A stretch of 62,969 nucleotides of DNA, counting the filler, from Octopus bimaculoides (Eukaryota), in the NCBI RefSeq assembly GCF_001194135.2. It is 7 parts of 7 records of this genome, joined end to end, with 100 filler letters (N's around TTAATTAATTAA, not from the genome) between each part and the next. Parts side by side here need not be neighbours in the genome. Positions count along the whole stretch, not along the records: positions 40,143 to 44,570 come from NC_069010.1; positions 44,671 to 56,969 come from NC_068988.1; 5 more parts are not named here. The stretch is one strand, 5' to 3'. This document shows, piece by piece, positions 40,276-52,486 of the stretch. Both the position numbers and the translations under genes were made by a program. Position 1 is the stretch's first letter; each line of letters opens with the position of its first letter. The notes beneath the pieces are model-generated. The model was given only the letters and a program-made list of their open reading frames with translations. It did no database searches and was not told the origin of the DNA.

Positions 40276-40338
40276 TAATAACTGATAAGATGCCGGAGCA
40301 GTCTTCAGCACAGGCATTAGAAACTCTGAGTTTTATTA
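40276..40338 (+). ncRNA. Degenerate hammerhead-like fold upstream of the Penelope ORF
   Basis: TAATAA-CTGATAA-GATGCC(18-nt loop)GGCATT-A-GAAA-CTC T GAG T-T-TTATTA: perfect 6-bp stem I, 6-bp stem II and a 1-nt-loop stem III; core G8->A. Confidence 0.55.
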
Positions 40339-40559
40339 TGACAACCAACTAATTGTCACATATTATATTTATAGATACATTCCTCTATTTACATAATATC
40401 GAGGTCTCATTCATTCTTTTGTTGTCATATTATCATTATTAATAAATTACCTCCCGTATACCGCAGCTTTTTTTATTCTAGAAGCTTGTTTTGAAAAATT
40501 GTCTTAAATCGGCGGAGGACTCTGCCCCACATAAAAATTTAATATAGACACCGACAGTA

Positions 40560-42560
40560 TCGATTATTCTATGAAAAACATACATATACCATCCAGGGAA
40601 CTGTACTCTAAGAAACTTTTGGAGAAAATTACAAACCTTGTTAAGCGTATGAGATATTTTATAGAATTAAATCAAAGATATTCCGTCCTAAAATCAAGGA
40701 TTTGGAATACTTCGAAACGGACATACTGAAGCTTATAAACAAAATAAAATTTCGTAAGTCTTTTAAACACTTTCCGACAGAAATTGAAAAATGACATCAA
40801 ATACATAAAAGGTTCCAAAAATCGGCACCTTTTCTGATAAAACCAAGATCTTATATCTAGTAGAAAACATGCTCTCGACTTAACAACTTTATTAATAATT
40901 ACACTAGAGCTAAACCATAAGTTTATAACGAAATTAATAAAGAAGCTAGCATCATCGGCGCTAGACTTAAATTGAATTTAAAAAATAGAGGTCCTCCCAA
41001 AAAGGTTGACTTTAAATCTATTAAAGACCATAAAAAGAACTTCCTATCTAATCCTAAATGTAGACCCAGAAAAATCAGCAATTGGTATTATTAGTAAAGA
41101 ACTTTTAGGAAAACTCAGTGCTAAAGTCAGAAATACTACTAGGTTAGTACAATGATCCAATAGTATAGAAGTCGTTAACTGGTTTAAAGCCATTAGGAAT
41201 AAAAATAAAGCGAGATTTACATAATTTAATATTGTAGATTTCTGTGTTTCTATCTCTAAGCAACTGCTCGATAAATCCCTCACCTTTGCAAGCGAATTTA
41301 TAGAGATTAATACACAAGATAAGGACATGATCTTTCATACTAGAAAGACTTTACTCTTCGGTGAGAACGCAGAGTGGGTTAAGACAACCGATACAGAGGG
41401 TGCCTTCGATGTGAGCATGGGGTCATATGATGGAGCAGGCATATGCGATCTCATTGGAGTATTCCTACTCGATTCGTTAGGTAAAATTTTTCCTGGTGTA
41501 TATTTCACCATTTACAAAGATGACGTTCTAGCTTTAACCACAAGCAACAGCGGACCGTCGCAAGATCGGTTTAGGAAGGGCATTATCCAAATGATGAAAA
41601 CATTCGATCTTAGGATAACAATAGATACCAAACTGACGGTTGTGAATTTCGTAGATATATCTTTAGATTTAAATAAGAATATTTACAAACCCCATAGAAA
41701 GTCCAACGATAGACTTAGCCATATTAATGTAGGTTCCTGCCATCCCTCCATAGTATTTACGAATTCAAAACAAAACATTAGTAAGATGATTTCTAGCTTA
41801 TCCTCCGAAATAAACATATTTAGTAGTGTTGCGCAAATATATAATAAAGCTCGAAATGATAGTGGTTTGCGCGAGGAAATAACCTATATACCTGTTATTA
41901 GTTCAGAAATAAAAAAAAGGAAAATTACGCAAAGGAAAATTATCTCGTTCCCACTACCTTACTCTATCGAAGTGTCCTTTAATATAGATAGATACTTCTT
42001 ATCATTCATAGATAGGCATTTTCCAATCAATCATAATTATAGGAAGCTTTTTAATAGGCATTACGTAAAAATTAGTTTTAGTTCTACTACTAACTTCAAA
42101 AATATAATTGTACATATTAAACAAAACAAAATTAAGCCGGTTTTCCTGCAGAGTTAAAAATTTGTACCCTCTAAATGGAGCTTGTATAACCGAGGCTATC
42201 ATTTATGAAACCACCGTAGAATTTACAGGACACACTTCGTCAAAGAAATATGTGAGGAAAATTTTAAAACCAGGTTCAACAATCACACCTTAAGTTTCAG
42301 ACAATGGGATAAAAGGAAAACATCCAAATTATCCAGTTATATATGGTCCTGAAAAGAGAAAGGTGTCAGCTATAAGATTCACTGGAAGATCTTGGCCAAG
42401 TGTTAGACTTCTAGCAACAGGAGTGGAAAGTGCGGTCTTTGCGATATGGAAAGATGACTCATCTGGAAAAGTTCTTTAGACCCCGCTTCATGTCTAAATT
42501 CAAAAACGGAAATTTTAGGGTCATGTCGATATAATGGCAAAACATTTGTTACGCTTTTGG
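40560..42560 (+). mobile_element. Penelope-like element (RT plus C-terminal GIY-YIG endonuclease), decayed; possibly Nematis-like
   Basis: YSMKNIHIPS...KRMR; FSDKT; IVDF; FDVSMGSYDGAGICDLIG; YKDDVL; VVNFVDISLDL; SCRVKNLYPLNGAC...IIYE...KYV...FKTRFNNH..SF...KLSSYIW...CGLC...LNSKTEILGSCR. Multiple stops and frameshifts. Confidence 0.88.
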
Positions 42561-42838
42561 ACCCACCAAGATCAAAGATAGAACCTGTTTTTTTTTATTA
42601 TGTACACATACAAGCCTTTCCTATGTCTTAACATTTCTTTTATATTTCTTATATATATTTTATTGCTTTATATATTTTTTCTGTATATTATTTTTCTCCC
42701 TATATAATTGTATAACTATATACGCGTGTAGCATATATCAAATGTGAATGTGCGCGCATATATACACGTGTACGAATGATTGTATATAGAGGAGTGCAGG
42801 TCACTTCATTCATACATATATGTATGTATATAGGTTTA

Positions 42839-44249
42839 CTAGCAGTATAGCCCGGCGATGCCCGGGATTAAGCTAGGATTATTAAGTGATCAAGTGCTTT
42901 ATTTCAAATAAAAATAAGTAACATCGACATCAGATTTGAGGGAAATCCGTTGAAATTGGTTTGGCTTAAAATGGTTTGCTGGCAATTTGATTGGGAAATC
43001 CCATAAGGAATCAGTTTATTGGTTATTTCCACTCATTGACTGTTTTGTTTTTAAGTTGCATTAGAGATCTGCATAGGAGAAGGTTGATCTGAAGATTTGC
43101 ATTGGAGATCTGGATTGGAGTAACTTAGGAAAACTTACCAACAGCCTTAACCAAAAAATAAGGGGCCTGTCCCTTCTTGGTTAACTCTATGAGCGACTTA
43201 GCCAATCACTGATATCAGCTGAGTTAGCATTGTTGTTGGAGAAGTCAGCATTGTCCAATAAAAAAGAGGAAGAGTTTATAAGTCATGTTGGCATGGTTTG
43301 AGAATATGTCAACCATATCGGCTGCAATGACAACTTGTCTATAAAACTTCGCTATAGACAACATTGCGTGTTCTGCCCTGAAGAGCATACACAGAAAGAG
43401 CGTTTCTACTACCCACAAGGGAGCAGGACACCTAAAGTTGCCCATGTGAAAAGCATGGCCCCCCCCAAATGGATGCCTGCCACCGGTGTGCTGAAATCCT
43501 CGGAATTTCACTCCCCCACACACATTGATCTTTTCACCACCTATATTTTAATGTACGGGAAAAATACGGAGATTAAGAATATGGATAATATTTTTTTATC
43601 TGAAACTTACCATGAAAATCTACAGCTAAATTTTAGATAACACTCGCACGATTTTCACTAAGAAAAAAATAAATCGGATTGCTTGCGTGGATCAACTATC
43701 CTGGCCTGCTAATATGCTACAAAACCCTTTATGTGATCCGAAAAATGGGTTGGGGTGTGGTGGAGGTCTCGGAAAGTTTAAATCACATCGGTCTTTTCCG
43801 TAAAAAGTGTTAGAGGGAAAGAGGGAAACAAATGTGAAAGTGAAAGAGATAGAGAGAGCGCGATTTCTTTTGAAGTTGTGTAATGTTGCTGACACTGTCT
43901 TCCTTACATACACTTTCTGTCTCCCTCTCCCAATTTTCTTTACTTTTTTGTTTGACGCTGGCAAACAATCTGTATCTCTCCGTCACCCCCTCTCACAAAC
44001 ATACAATTTCTTTTTCTCTCCCTCCTTTACGTGCAAACTTCAAAATTGGTAAAGTTATGGTCGAAAATCGATTTTTACAGCTATACGCGGGTGCCTCTGA
44101 GAGAAAAAGTTAACGAAAATGCAGATAGGGTCATGACGAAAGTCTTCCTAAAATTGGATCGACATGCGTGCTAATTTGTGGACGTGCATAAACTACATTC
44201 ACGCACACATACATATACACACACACATCCTGCCTTTTATATATAGGGA
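42839..44249 (-). mobile_element. Non-autonomous Helitron, both termini intact, carrying a helicase C-terminal remnant
   Basis: Minus strand 5' A|TCCCTATATATAAAA; 3' hairpin CCCGG-GCATCG-CCGGG, then CTATACTGCTAG|T (A/T target, no TSD). 43339-43458(-) reads PCFSHGQL*VSCSLVG...RTRNVVYSEVL*, the Helitron Pif1-helicase C-terminal motif. Confidence 0.88.
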
Positions 44250-44483
44250 TATATCTGCAGTTGTTGATGTGTTTGACAGACAGGAAGGTGTATTTGTGTA
44301 CATACATATATAACTCATTTGTAAATTCAAGTTTTGCGGTGAATGTGAATGTTTTACGATTTATGCTTTTTGCGTTTAGGGATGTGTATATGAACATAAT
44401 GATGCGTGCATGGCTTATATACGTGTGTATGTGCGTGTATGCGTGTATTATGTGTATGTATGTATGTTTACATATGTATAGAC

Positions 44484-44517
<34 letters not shown>

Positions 44518-44670
44518 TTGCAAGCATATGTACACGCGTGTGAGCATGTATATGTATATATATATATATANNNNNNNNNNNNNNNNNNNNNNNNNNNNNN
44601 NNNNNNNNNNNNNNTTAATTAATTAANNNNNNNNNNNNNNNNNNNNNNNNNNNNNNNNNNNNNNNNNNNN

Positions 44671-44833
44671 CGAGTAGATCGACTCTAGTACACAACTGGT
44701 ACTTAATTTATCGACCCCGAAAGGATGAAAGGCAAAATTGACCTCGGCGGAATTTGAACTCAGAACATAAAGACACACGAAATACCGCTAAGCATTTCGC
44801 CCGGCGTGCTAACGTTTCTGCCAGTTCGCCGCC
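44671..44833 (-). mobile_element. SINE family B (3' end lost in a gap)
   Basis: Near-consensus match, ending ...AACGTTTCTGCCAGTTCGCCGCC. Confidence 0.85.
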
Positions 44834-44847
44834 TTCATAATAATAAT

Positions 44848-45410
44848 CTGTACCAGGCACTGGCTCTCGTGGCTTCTGACTGGAAGTGTTATTGTGTACA
44901 TTGTTTTGTCTTGGTATAAAAGATGGGTTACAACAAATATTCTGCTCAATACCACAGATTTGCTTGTCAGATGTTTGACCATAACCAGTTGAGTATGTCT
45001 CTTAGTGGCTGACGATATATGCATCTCTGATTCCGAGCAGAAATATTGGAGAAGCATCATAGCCATGTGTCGAAAGGAATTCTTTGGGGTTTGGATAATT
45101 CACCTCATGAAACATGGGTGTTTTGTTCAACATCCTTAAACAACCTTTATTCAGGGGCCTTTTGAGCGGGGTATGCTACTCGACCCGAAGAAAATTCTAG
45201 CTGGACCCCCACCTGCAAGGTCATGCGCTGATTATCTTGATATGAGATCACCATGTCGCGCACACATGGTTGTGATGCATGTACCTGGTGTACCCTTATC
45301 AAACGGGTAGTCATGATGGGTATATTGGGCTTCGTATATTTTACCCCAGTGTCACTTTGATGGCATGCACTGCTCTCTCACTCAATAATAATAATAATAA
45401 TAATAATAAT
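44848..45410 (+). mobile_element. Repeat family X with (AAT)n tail
   Basis: Homologous to 9470-9848; ends GCATGCACTGCTCTCTCACTCAATAATAAT. Confidence 0.75.
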
Positions 45411-45570
45411 GATTTCTTTTTGTTTGCCACCAGGGCGAAGGATGCGGGGACAATACAAAGATAAAGTATGGGGGTTTACATATAAAGGAATGATAAAATA
45501 AAAAGTATACACGGTATACATTAAAAGGGAAGTATACATAGTATATGACACTAGAAAAAGAGAGGGATCC

Positions 45571-46207
45571 ATTTCAAAACGGGGGCACCAGTATTTTCTT
45601 AACGAAACACTAACGAAACACTTTGAAACTTGGGACACTGGTAGAATGTGTCATATAAAACATCTTTTTCTCTTAGTCTTCTTAACAAAAAAACGTACAT
45701 CGCAAGTTATTCCATGTTAAAGTTGTCGTATTTCTGTAATTTCAACCAATCACCGACGTCTATTCAGCCGAATAGAGTTACTGCTGGGCTGTCATAAAAA
45801 TGTTATTCCCTGTGACATATTTCATCCGGTTTAATCGTAATTTATACGCATATATTGTTTATATAATAAATTACGCTGTGCGTACCTATGTGTGTAACAA
45901 TTTTAGAGTTCGGATTCTAGTTTTAGGGTTAGGGTTAGGGTTAACAGTCTAGTTAGGGTTAGGGTTAGGGTTAGGGGATTAATACGATATACACCGTTAC
46001 AGCGCTAACTGTTTTCAACTGAATAGACGTCAGTGATTAGTAGAAATTATCGAAATAAGACAATTTTTTACATGAAATAAATTCGAATACAAACATTTTT
46101 TTCTGTTCTATAACACAAAATAGATAAGTATACGAAGTTTGAAAGTCTTTCGGTACCAAAAACACTACATAAAACATAAATGAAAACTGGTGCCCCCGTT
46201 TTGAAAT
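45571..46207. mobile_element. 637-bp fold-back MITE with a central telomeric-repeat tract, inside the Tx1 3' UTR
   Basis: Perfect 22-bp TIR ATTTCAAAACGGGGGCACCAGT (45571-45592 / 46186-46207), an inner imperfect IR (45721-45780 / 46006-46065), and (TTAGGG)3+4 at 45923-45976. Confidence 0.8.
45923..45976 (+). repeat. Interstitial (TTAGGG)n tract (3 units, a 12-bp spacer, 4 units)
   Basis: Direct reading of the sequence. Confidence 0.95.
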
Positions 46208-46702
46208 AAATCCAAAGAGAGGAAAAAAGGATCGTGATGGGATTCCCCATGATTCAGGAGGCCCTGATTCAAGGAACCCCACCAAGATCATCCTGAGTAC
46301 CAAGGACGAGAGCCCGCTTCGACTTTTTTCTTCCGACTCACAGGTCTACACTGAGAGTGGTACCATCCACTCTTGCTATTTTTGCAACTTTCACCCACCT
46401 TTTGATAAATTCACTCGAGGATAGCACCTCCCTCTCCACCCCCACTTTCCTTTTTAAATGAAACTTGAAAAAGTTGATGAGGGCTTTACCAAAGAGGAAA
46501 GTTTCTGTTCTCATTCCTTTCAGCCTCGTCCACCAGATAACCTCTTTCGCCACAGCCACCAGACAAAGGAAAACTGCCTTGCCAGCCCGATTAAAGGAGG
46601 GCGGCAAGGCAATCATCATTATGGACTCAGACGACAGACGGATCTGTCCTACACGCGACAGCAGCTGTTCGACATAATTCCACAAGTCAGCAATGCCTGG
46701 AC

Positions 46703-48505
46703 GCGAAATTTTTTTCTCACAAGAGTTTCGGACCCCAGTTATGATCTCATTTGCTTACAGCCAATCAGAGCTCAACTACCAAACTAGTGTCCACCTAGTC
46801 GTGAAAATACTCTGGTTGAGTTCAGTGGAAAATGTTCGTTATAGCAAAATCTAACTGTTCAAAACGGGTTTAATAGGAGTGACAAATGTGAAATCTAGTG
46901 TATGAAGTGAATGGAGAGCTGCTCACCGATGATGCCATAAGCATTGCCAATTTGCGTAATTTACTAGAAAATGTAAATGAGTGTAGTTTCCTAATTTTTT
47001 GACTGATTTTGTACATTCTTAATTTAAAATGTAATCGAACGACCGTGCGAACCAAAGGAGAATGGCGACGAGACGGAAAAGGCTCCTTTTAACGCGTCGC
47101 ATTGTCGAACGCAAAAAACATAATATATAACATAGAAGGCTCGTCGTGAGAGATACGAGCCATAGTGCCAGTAGAAAGGAATCAGAGAGTGACAAACACA
47201 ACCGTTAGATACATAAAGAGAGTAAGTTTATTAACATAGTGAAACTGTAGTGTCTGTGTGCATGCATGCGGCATATATAAATAACACAGTAGATAAGTCA
47301 GGCCTTCGTGTACAAGAGTATGTATACAACAATATGAAAAGACGGACTGTCGTATAAGCAATAGTGTGTGTACAATATGTGAGAGTACAAGTGTGTGTGT
47401 GAGTGAGAGGAACACAGAACATAGAAAGAGTGTCTGTAACATAGACTGTAAAAAGTCTTAAAACACTGAGATAGAGAAAACCAGTTCGTATAAGAGTTAC
47501 ACAAGATATAGAATGTTCATACGCAGGAAGTTGTGGCCAAGGAGCAGAGCTGTGGTATCACATGTGTGGGTTGAGCGTCGATGCTGTGACCGGTTACCGG
47601 GAACGGAATATTCTTGCAGGTTAGTTCTGACTGTTGTTCGTGGTGGAAATAATCCNNNNNNNNNNNNNNNNNNNNNNNNNNNNNNNNNNNNNNNNNNNNN
47701 NNNNNNNNNNNNNNNNNNNNNNNNNNNNNNNNNNNNNNNNNNNNNNNNNNNNNNNNNNNNNNNNNNNNNNNNNNNNNNNNNNNNNNNNNNNNNNNNNNNN
47801 NNNNNNNNNNNNNNNNNNNNNNNNNNNNNNNNNNNNNNNNNNNNNNNNNNNNNNNNNNNNNNGTGTGGTCAGCGACCAGACCTGTGAGAGATCTGAAATC
47901 GAAGACGACTGGCGTCATTGGATCGGGCTTATTTATAGATGAAATAGGGCTCACCGGAAACCCAGAAAAACTCGCTCTCACGTGACCTTATCTGAAGGCC
48001 ACGATTGGACGGAATGCACCCTGGCGCGAAGAAAACTGGGGACAATTGCCGCGCAAATAAGAACCAATCAGGGTGGTGGACAGAAGGGTCCAAGGCAGCC
48101 GAAGGCTAGATGTTAGCCGCTTCGTTATCATTTGTGATTGAATGCCCGAGAGAGAGGTTTTACTACAAAAATGTTGGTGTTGATCAGGAAACATCGTAAT
48201 TAATATGGCATTGTGTCGTATTGCGCCCGCTTTGCATATATCAATGAGTACATGCAGTATCATTAATCTCAGTCTGAGAATAGGTATCTAATGTTAACTT
48301 CATATAGAGATCTATGAGGATGGTGTGTGGGGGGTGCTTATGTGAGACCTGCTATGCTGCACTCACAGAGTGGCATACACCATTCTATGCCTGACTGGCT
48401 GTACTGTAGTACACACTATGTGGATTTTCAAGGTGAGCTCTGATTGGCTGTATGCAAATGAGTTCATTACTGGGGTCCGACACTCTCGTGGGAAAAAAGT
48501 TTCGC
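46703..48505. mobile_element. Non-autonomous long-TIR transposon with a 9-bp TSD (Mutator/MULE-like), ~1.8 kb including a gap
   Basis: ~72-bp TIRs starting GCGAAA; TSD TGCCTGGAC (46694-46702) / TGCTTGGAC (48506-48514). Removing the element and one TSD restores the LINE frame AFVQCPSIADLW. Confidence 0.85.
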
Positions 48506-51500
48506 TGCTTGGACACTGAACGAATGCATACAGAACGGTTTCGTCGCTCTGCGAGCACCCCGGACAAGCCCGTCTGACATCACATCCGTGCCTGTAGAGT
48601 TTATCTCGAACCGGTAGCACCGCCAGGCCAAAGACATCTGGAAATTATCCATAACAGTCCTTGACCGGAAAGTCCTCCGGAAAAGACTTGCCAATTCGTC
48701 TTCGTCGACGCCTAGGGTCTCCCCGAGGACGTCGTCGTACTTCCCCTTACTAATCCTCTGTAAATATCTAATGTGGAACAGCCACCGATCCTGTTGCCCG
48801 ACTTGTAGAGGACAGTGAGCGCCTGACGACATTCTAAGTGCCAGGCGCCAAGTCTCGGCCTACCCAAGACTGCAGCTCCGTCAACGAGACGAACTGTGAA
48901 AAGGCGTGTCTCACAAACGGAGCCCACACACATTCACCTTCTAGAAATCACTGCGGGTGGCGCAACCTGAATGCGNNNNNNNNNNNNNNNNNNNNNNNNN
49001 NNNNNNNNNNNNNNNNNNNNNNNNNNNNNNNNNNNNNNNNNNNNNNNNNNNNNNNNNNNNNNNNNNNNNNNNNNNNNNNNNNNNNNNNNNNNNNNNNNNN
49101 NNNNNNNNNNNNNNNNNNNNNNNNNNNNNNNNNNNNNNNNNNNNNNNNNNNNNNNNNNNNNNNNNNNNNNNNNNNNNNNNNNNNNNNNNNNNNNNNNNNN
49201 NNNNNNNNNNNNNNNNNNNNNNNNNNNNNNNNNNNNNNNNNNNNNNNNNNNNNNNNNNNNNNNNNNNNNNNNNNNNNNNNNNNNNNNNNNNNNNNNNNNN
49301 NNNNNNNNNNNNNNNNNNNNNNNNNNNNNNNNNNNNNNNNNNNNNNNNNNNNNNNNNNNNNNNNNNNNNNNNNNNNNNNNNNNNNNNNNNNNNNNNNNNN
49401 NNNNNNNNNNNNNNNNNNNNNNNNNNNNNNNNNNNNNNTCGTCACTTCTTCCCAATTCTTATCCACCTGGAGGTAGGGACCAAACCAGATCCCAAGCAGT
49501 TTCACTGGTCCGTCAGTCCAGCATCCGACGATGCCGTCCGACAGTATCGATCAGCCTCTTCAGGAGCCCGGTCGCAATCCCACCGACTTGTCAGCATTGA
49601 CTTTAGTTCTTGCAACCGACTCATATTCCTTTACAATGGAGCCGACCGTCTCCACTTCGGAGGTGTCCCACACCATGACGGTGACGTCGTCCGCGTATGC
49701 AGACACTGCCCTCCCGAGTCCAATTTCGAAAGAGAGGCTTAACTTCCAATTTCCGCAGCAGTGGCTCGAGAGCTAGTACATACAGACGGACCGAACGTGC
49801 GATACTAAGCGGTTCCGATAGGTGGCCATTTACTTTGGTCACCGAGCAGGTGCCGCTGTGCATTGCAGTAATCTAGCCTCTGAAAACGGGTCCGAAACCG
49901 GCCGCTTTAAGGACGGCTTCCAAGTAGCGATGGTTTACCCTATCGAAAGCTTTCGACAGATCTAAATTGATCAAGGCCTCACCGAAGCCAGCTTTGGTTC
50001 CAGCCCTCTCTACGATGTATCGCATAAGGTGGAGGTTGTTGTGGATAGACCTGCTCGGGATTGCGCACGTTTGTGCCTCCCCGACCAGATTACCAATGAC
50101 AAGTGCCAACTTCTTTGCCTACACTTTGGCCAAAATCTTAAACTCTGTGTTTAGCAGAGTTATGGGCCAAAAATTCTCTAGCACATCCTCATTGTCGGCG
50201 TCCTGTCTGGGAAGTGTTACTACACCCCGGCTAACAGCACAAGGAATTCTCCTGTTCTGCTGCCAGTTGCTGTAGACATCTACCAAGAGGCTACAAAACA
50301 AATCTGGCATGAAAACATAGAATTTGCAGGGCAGACCATCCAAACCTCCTGTATTTCAGAGGCTGTAATCGGTTTTTCGCATAGTCTCGAGTACGTCACC
50401 GAGAGTCGTGGTAGGAAGTAAAGTTCGCTACCGTCGTCGACCTATCACCCTCCCTAAACAGCCGCACAAAGTACTGCTGGAAAACCGCACACATCTGCTC
50501 AGGACCGAGTAACACTCGTCCGTCCTGATCTATCAAAGACTTGATCGTGGTTTTGTTTCCACGTCGCGTCTTTACCGTTTGGGCCCATCGGACGGCTTTA
50601 GTTCCTTCGTGTTTTAGCGTACGAGCCTTAGCTCTGACAACGCATCCTTCGTGTTTCACCTCAAAGAAATGGTCAAGGACCATTCTTGCCGCTAACACGT
50701 CGGTCGCAATGCCTTTACTAATAGCCTCTTCTAGTTTACTAACTAGTTCTCCCTCTAATCTATTGTTTTCTATTGCTAAGTTTTTGCTAAACGCTATCGC
50801 GTTTCTGCTCTAATCGCTCTCTTCAGAGCGATCCTACACCGGTTGTTGACGATAGCTCCCGTCAACTGCCGCTTAACTAGTTCGATAATCCGGTCCCTGT
50901 AGTCTTTGCGATTCGGTAAGCACGCATTCAACTCACAGTAATCAGGTCCCTGTCTACGGGTCCTATCTAAATCGATTGAGCATATCACAAATTTGTGATC
51001 TGTATAGCCGGCCAATTTAAATTGTGGACAACCTATGCTATCCCTATCCTCTGAACTAACAAATACTCTATCTAAAATACGATCTGGATGACCCGCTGTG
51101 GTTGTTCCTTGTCCACACTGGCGCATCAGAGAAATCCAGTCGGTAATTGTCAGAAAGCTGGAAAGTCCTGAGCAGGTTTTCGAGGCTTTTACACCTACTT
51201 CTACTATGTACTAAACCCACACAGTCCTTCTGTGCGTCCAAAATACTATTCCAATCCCCCACTAGTACTAAAGTGCAAGACGTTCCTAAGAATGTTTCTA
51301 GACGCCTAAAGAAATCTGGCCTTCCAGCCCCTGTTTGGGCATAAACCGCCACTAGTCTATAAGCGCCACCTTTACTGCCGTTCACGTCCAGGACCGTCAA
51401 CCTGCAGTGGCAGATCTACCATAAAGCTAATGAAGCTTAAGCTTCAGGGCCCCTAATCCCGGAGGGGCCCTTAATCCCAGAGGGGCCCCTCTGAAGCAAC

Positions 51501-52486
51501 TTAATTCTTTTATTCTATCAACTTTTTCGTTTTTGTATTTTGCCATGCAGATTGCTGTTACCAGTCTTAGTGGACGTCATATCACACTCCTATGCAGAGT
51601 CTAGACATGCAGTGACCAGCCAAGAGTTGTTCACCTGCTGTTTCTGCCAGTGTGGAGTAGCATAAAAAATAAAAGCACAAACGACTCGCAGATAATTGGC
51701 TTTACTTGAATTATCTTGGTAACTTCGACCCTGCCCCTCCCATTGTCAAATATGTTTACTACTACTACATTAGCACGGTAGAGATAAGAGTTCTTATTTT
51801 CAAACCATTATTTAATGACCAATGAAAGGGTTTGCCTCCTAATTTTGGGCTTACAATCTGTTCAGTAACAAAGCATTTCTTCTCCTCTAAAAATTGTTAG
51901 AATATCACCTTGTACAAAATGAACAATTCTTCATTTATGACTATATATTAAGTTGTGGACCCTTACCTTGATCGATCTCTGCCTCACTGTGGCTAATGAA
52001 AATATTACGCCTAATTTTTTTTCACAGAGGTCTAGGCCCAAGAAGAATAGCAATGTCTTTAAGAAAGCACTGAAGCAGATACCAGAAACGCCAACTCAAG
52101 GAAAAACAATCTAACGAAGTTTCTAAATGTCAAAAACTATCAAGCTATTTTACAATGTCAAGTAAAAGTTTGTCATCACCTGCAACTGAAACAAGCCTTG
52201 CAAGCACCAGTGAAGGCAATGGTAGTGCACAAACCATGAGTGCTCTGTTTAGTAATAATCAACCTACTGTTAACACTTTTGGTGCAGATGTTGATCACGG
52301 TGGTCAAGAACTTCAAGAAAAGAGAGAGCAGAAACAGGAAACAGGAAGCAAATTTAGTGATTTCAAAGAATACCGTGACCTGGCAAACTGGCCCGTAACA
52401 ATTAATAATGATTTCATACAAAACTGTTTAATGCAAGACATCAGTTTTTTTCTCAAAAAAAACAAAAAAAACACAATGTATATACT

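Larger units (their letters stand above)
45411..51404 (-). mobile_element. Tx1/L1-type LINE ORF2 (APE, RT, zinc-binding region) and 3' UTR; decayed, interrupted by two DNA transposons and a gap, 5'-truncated in the APE domain
   Basis: APE: AVYAQ, LVGDWN, SYLDRVF, YTDHK. RT: WPITLLNTEFKILAKV, QTCAIPSRSIHNNL, LDLSKAFDRVNH, LYVLALEPLL, AYADDV, KLLGIWFG. C-terminus: LPVRDKLYRH..CPGC..ETVLYAFVQCP|SIADLWNYVEQLL. The 3' end ...CAAAAAGAAATC is at 45411. Confidence 0.92.

Noticed and set aside
45923-45976. True telomere or chromosome-fusion scar
   Set aside because: Only seven units in a single orientation, embedded within a MITE.
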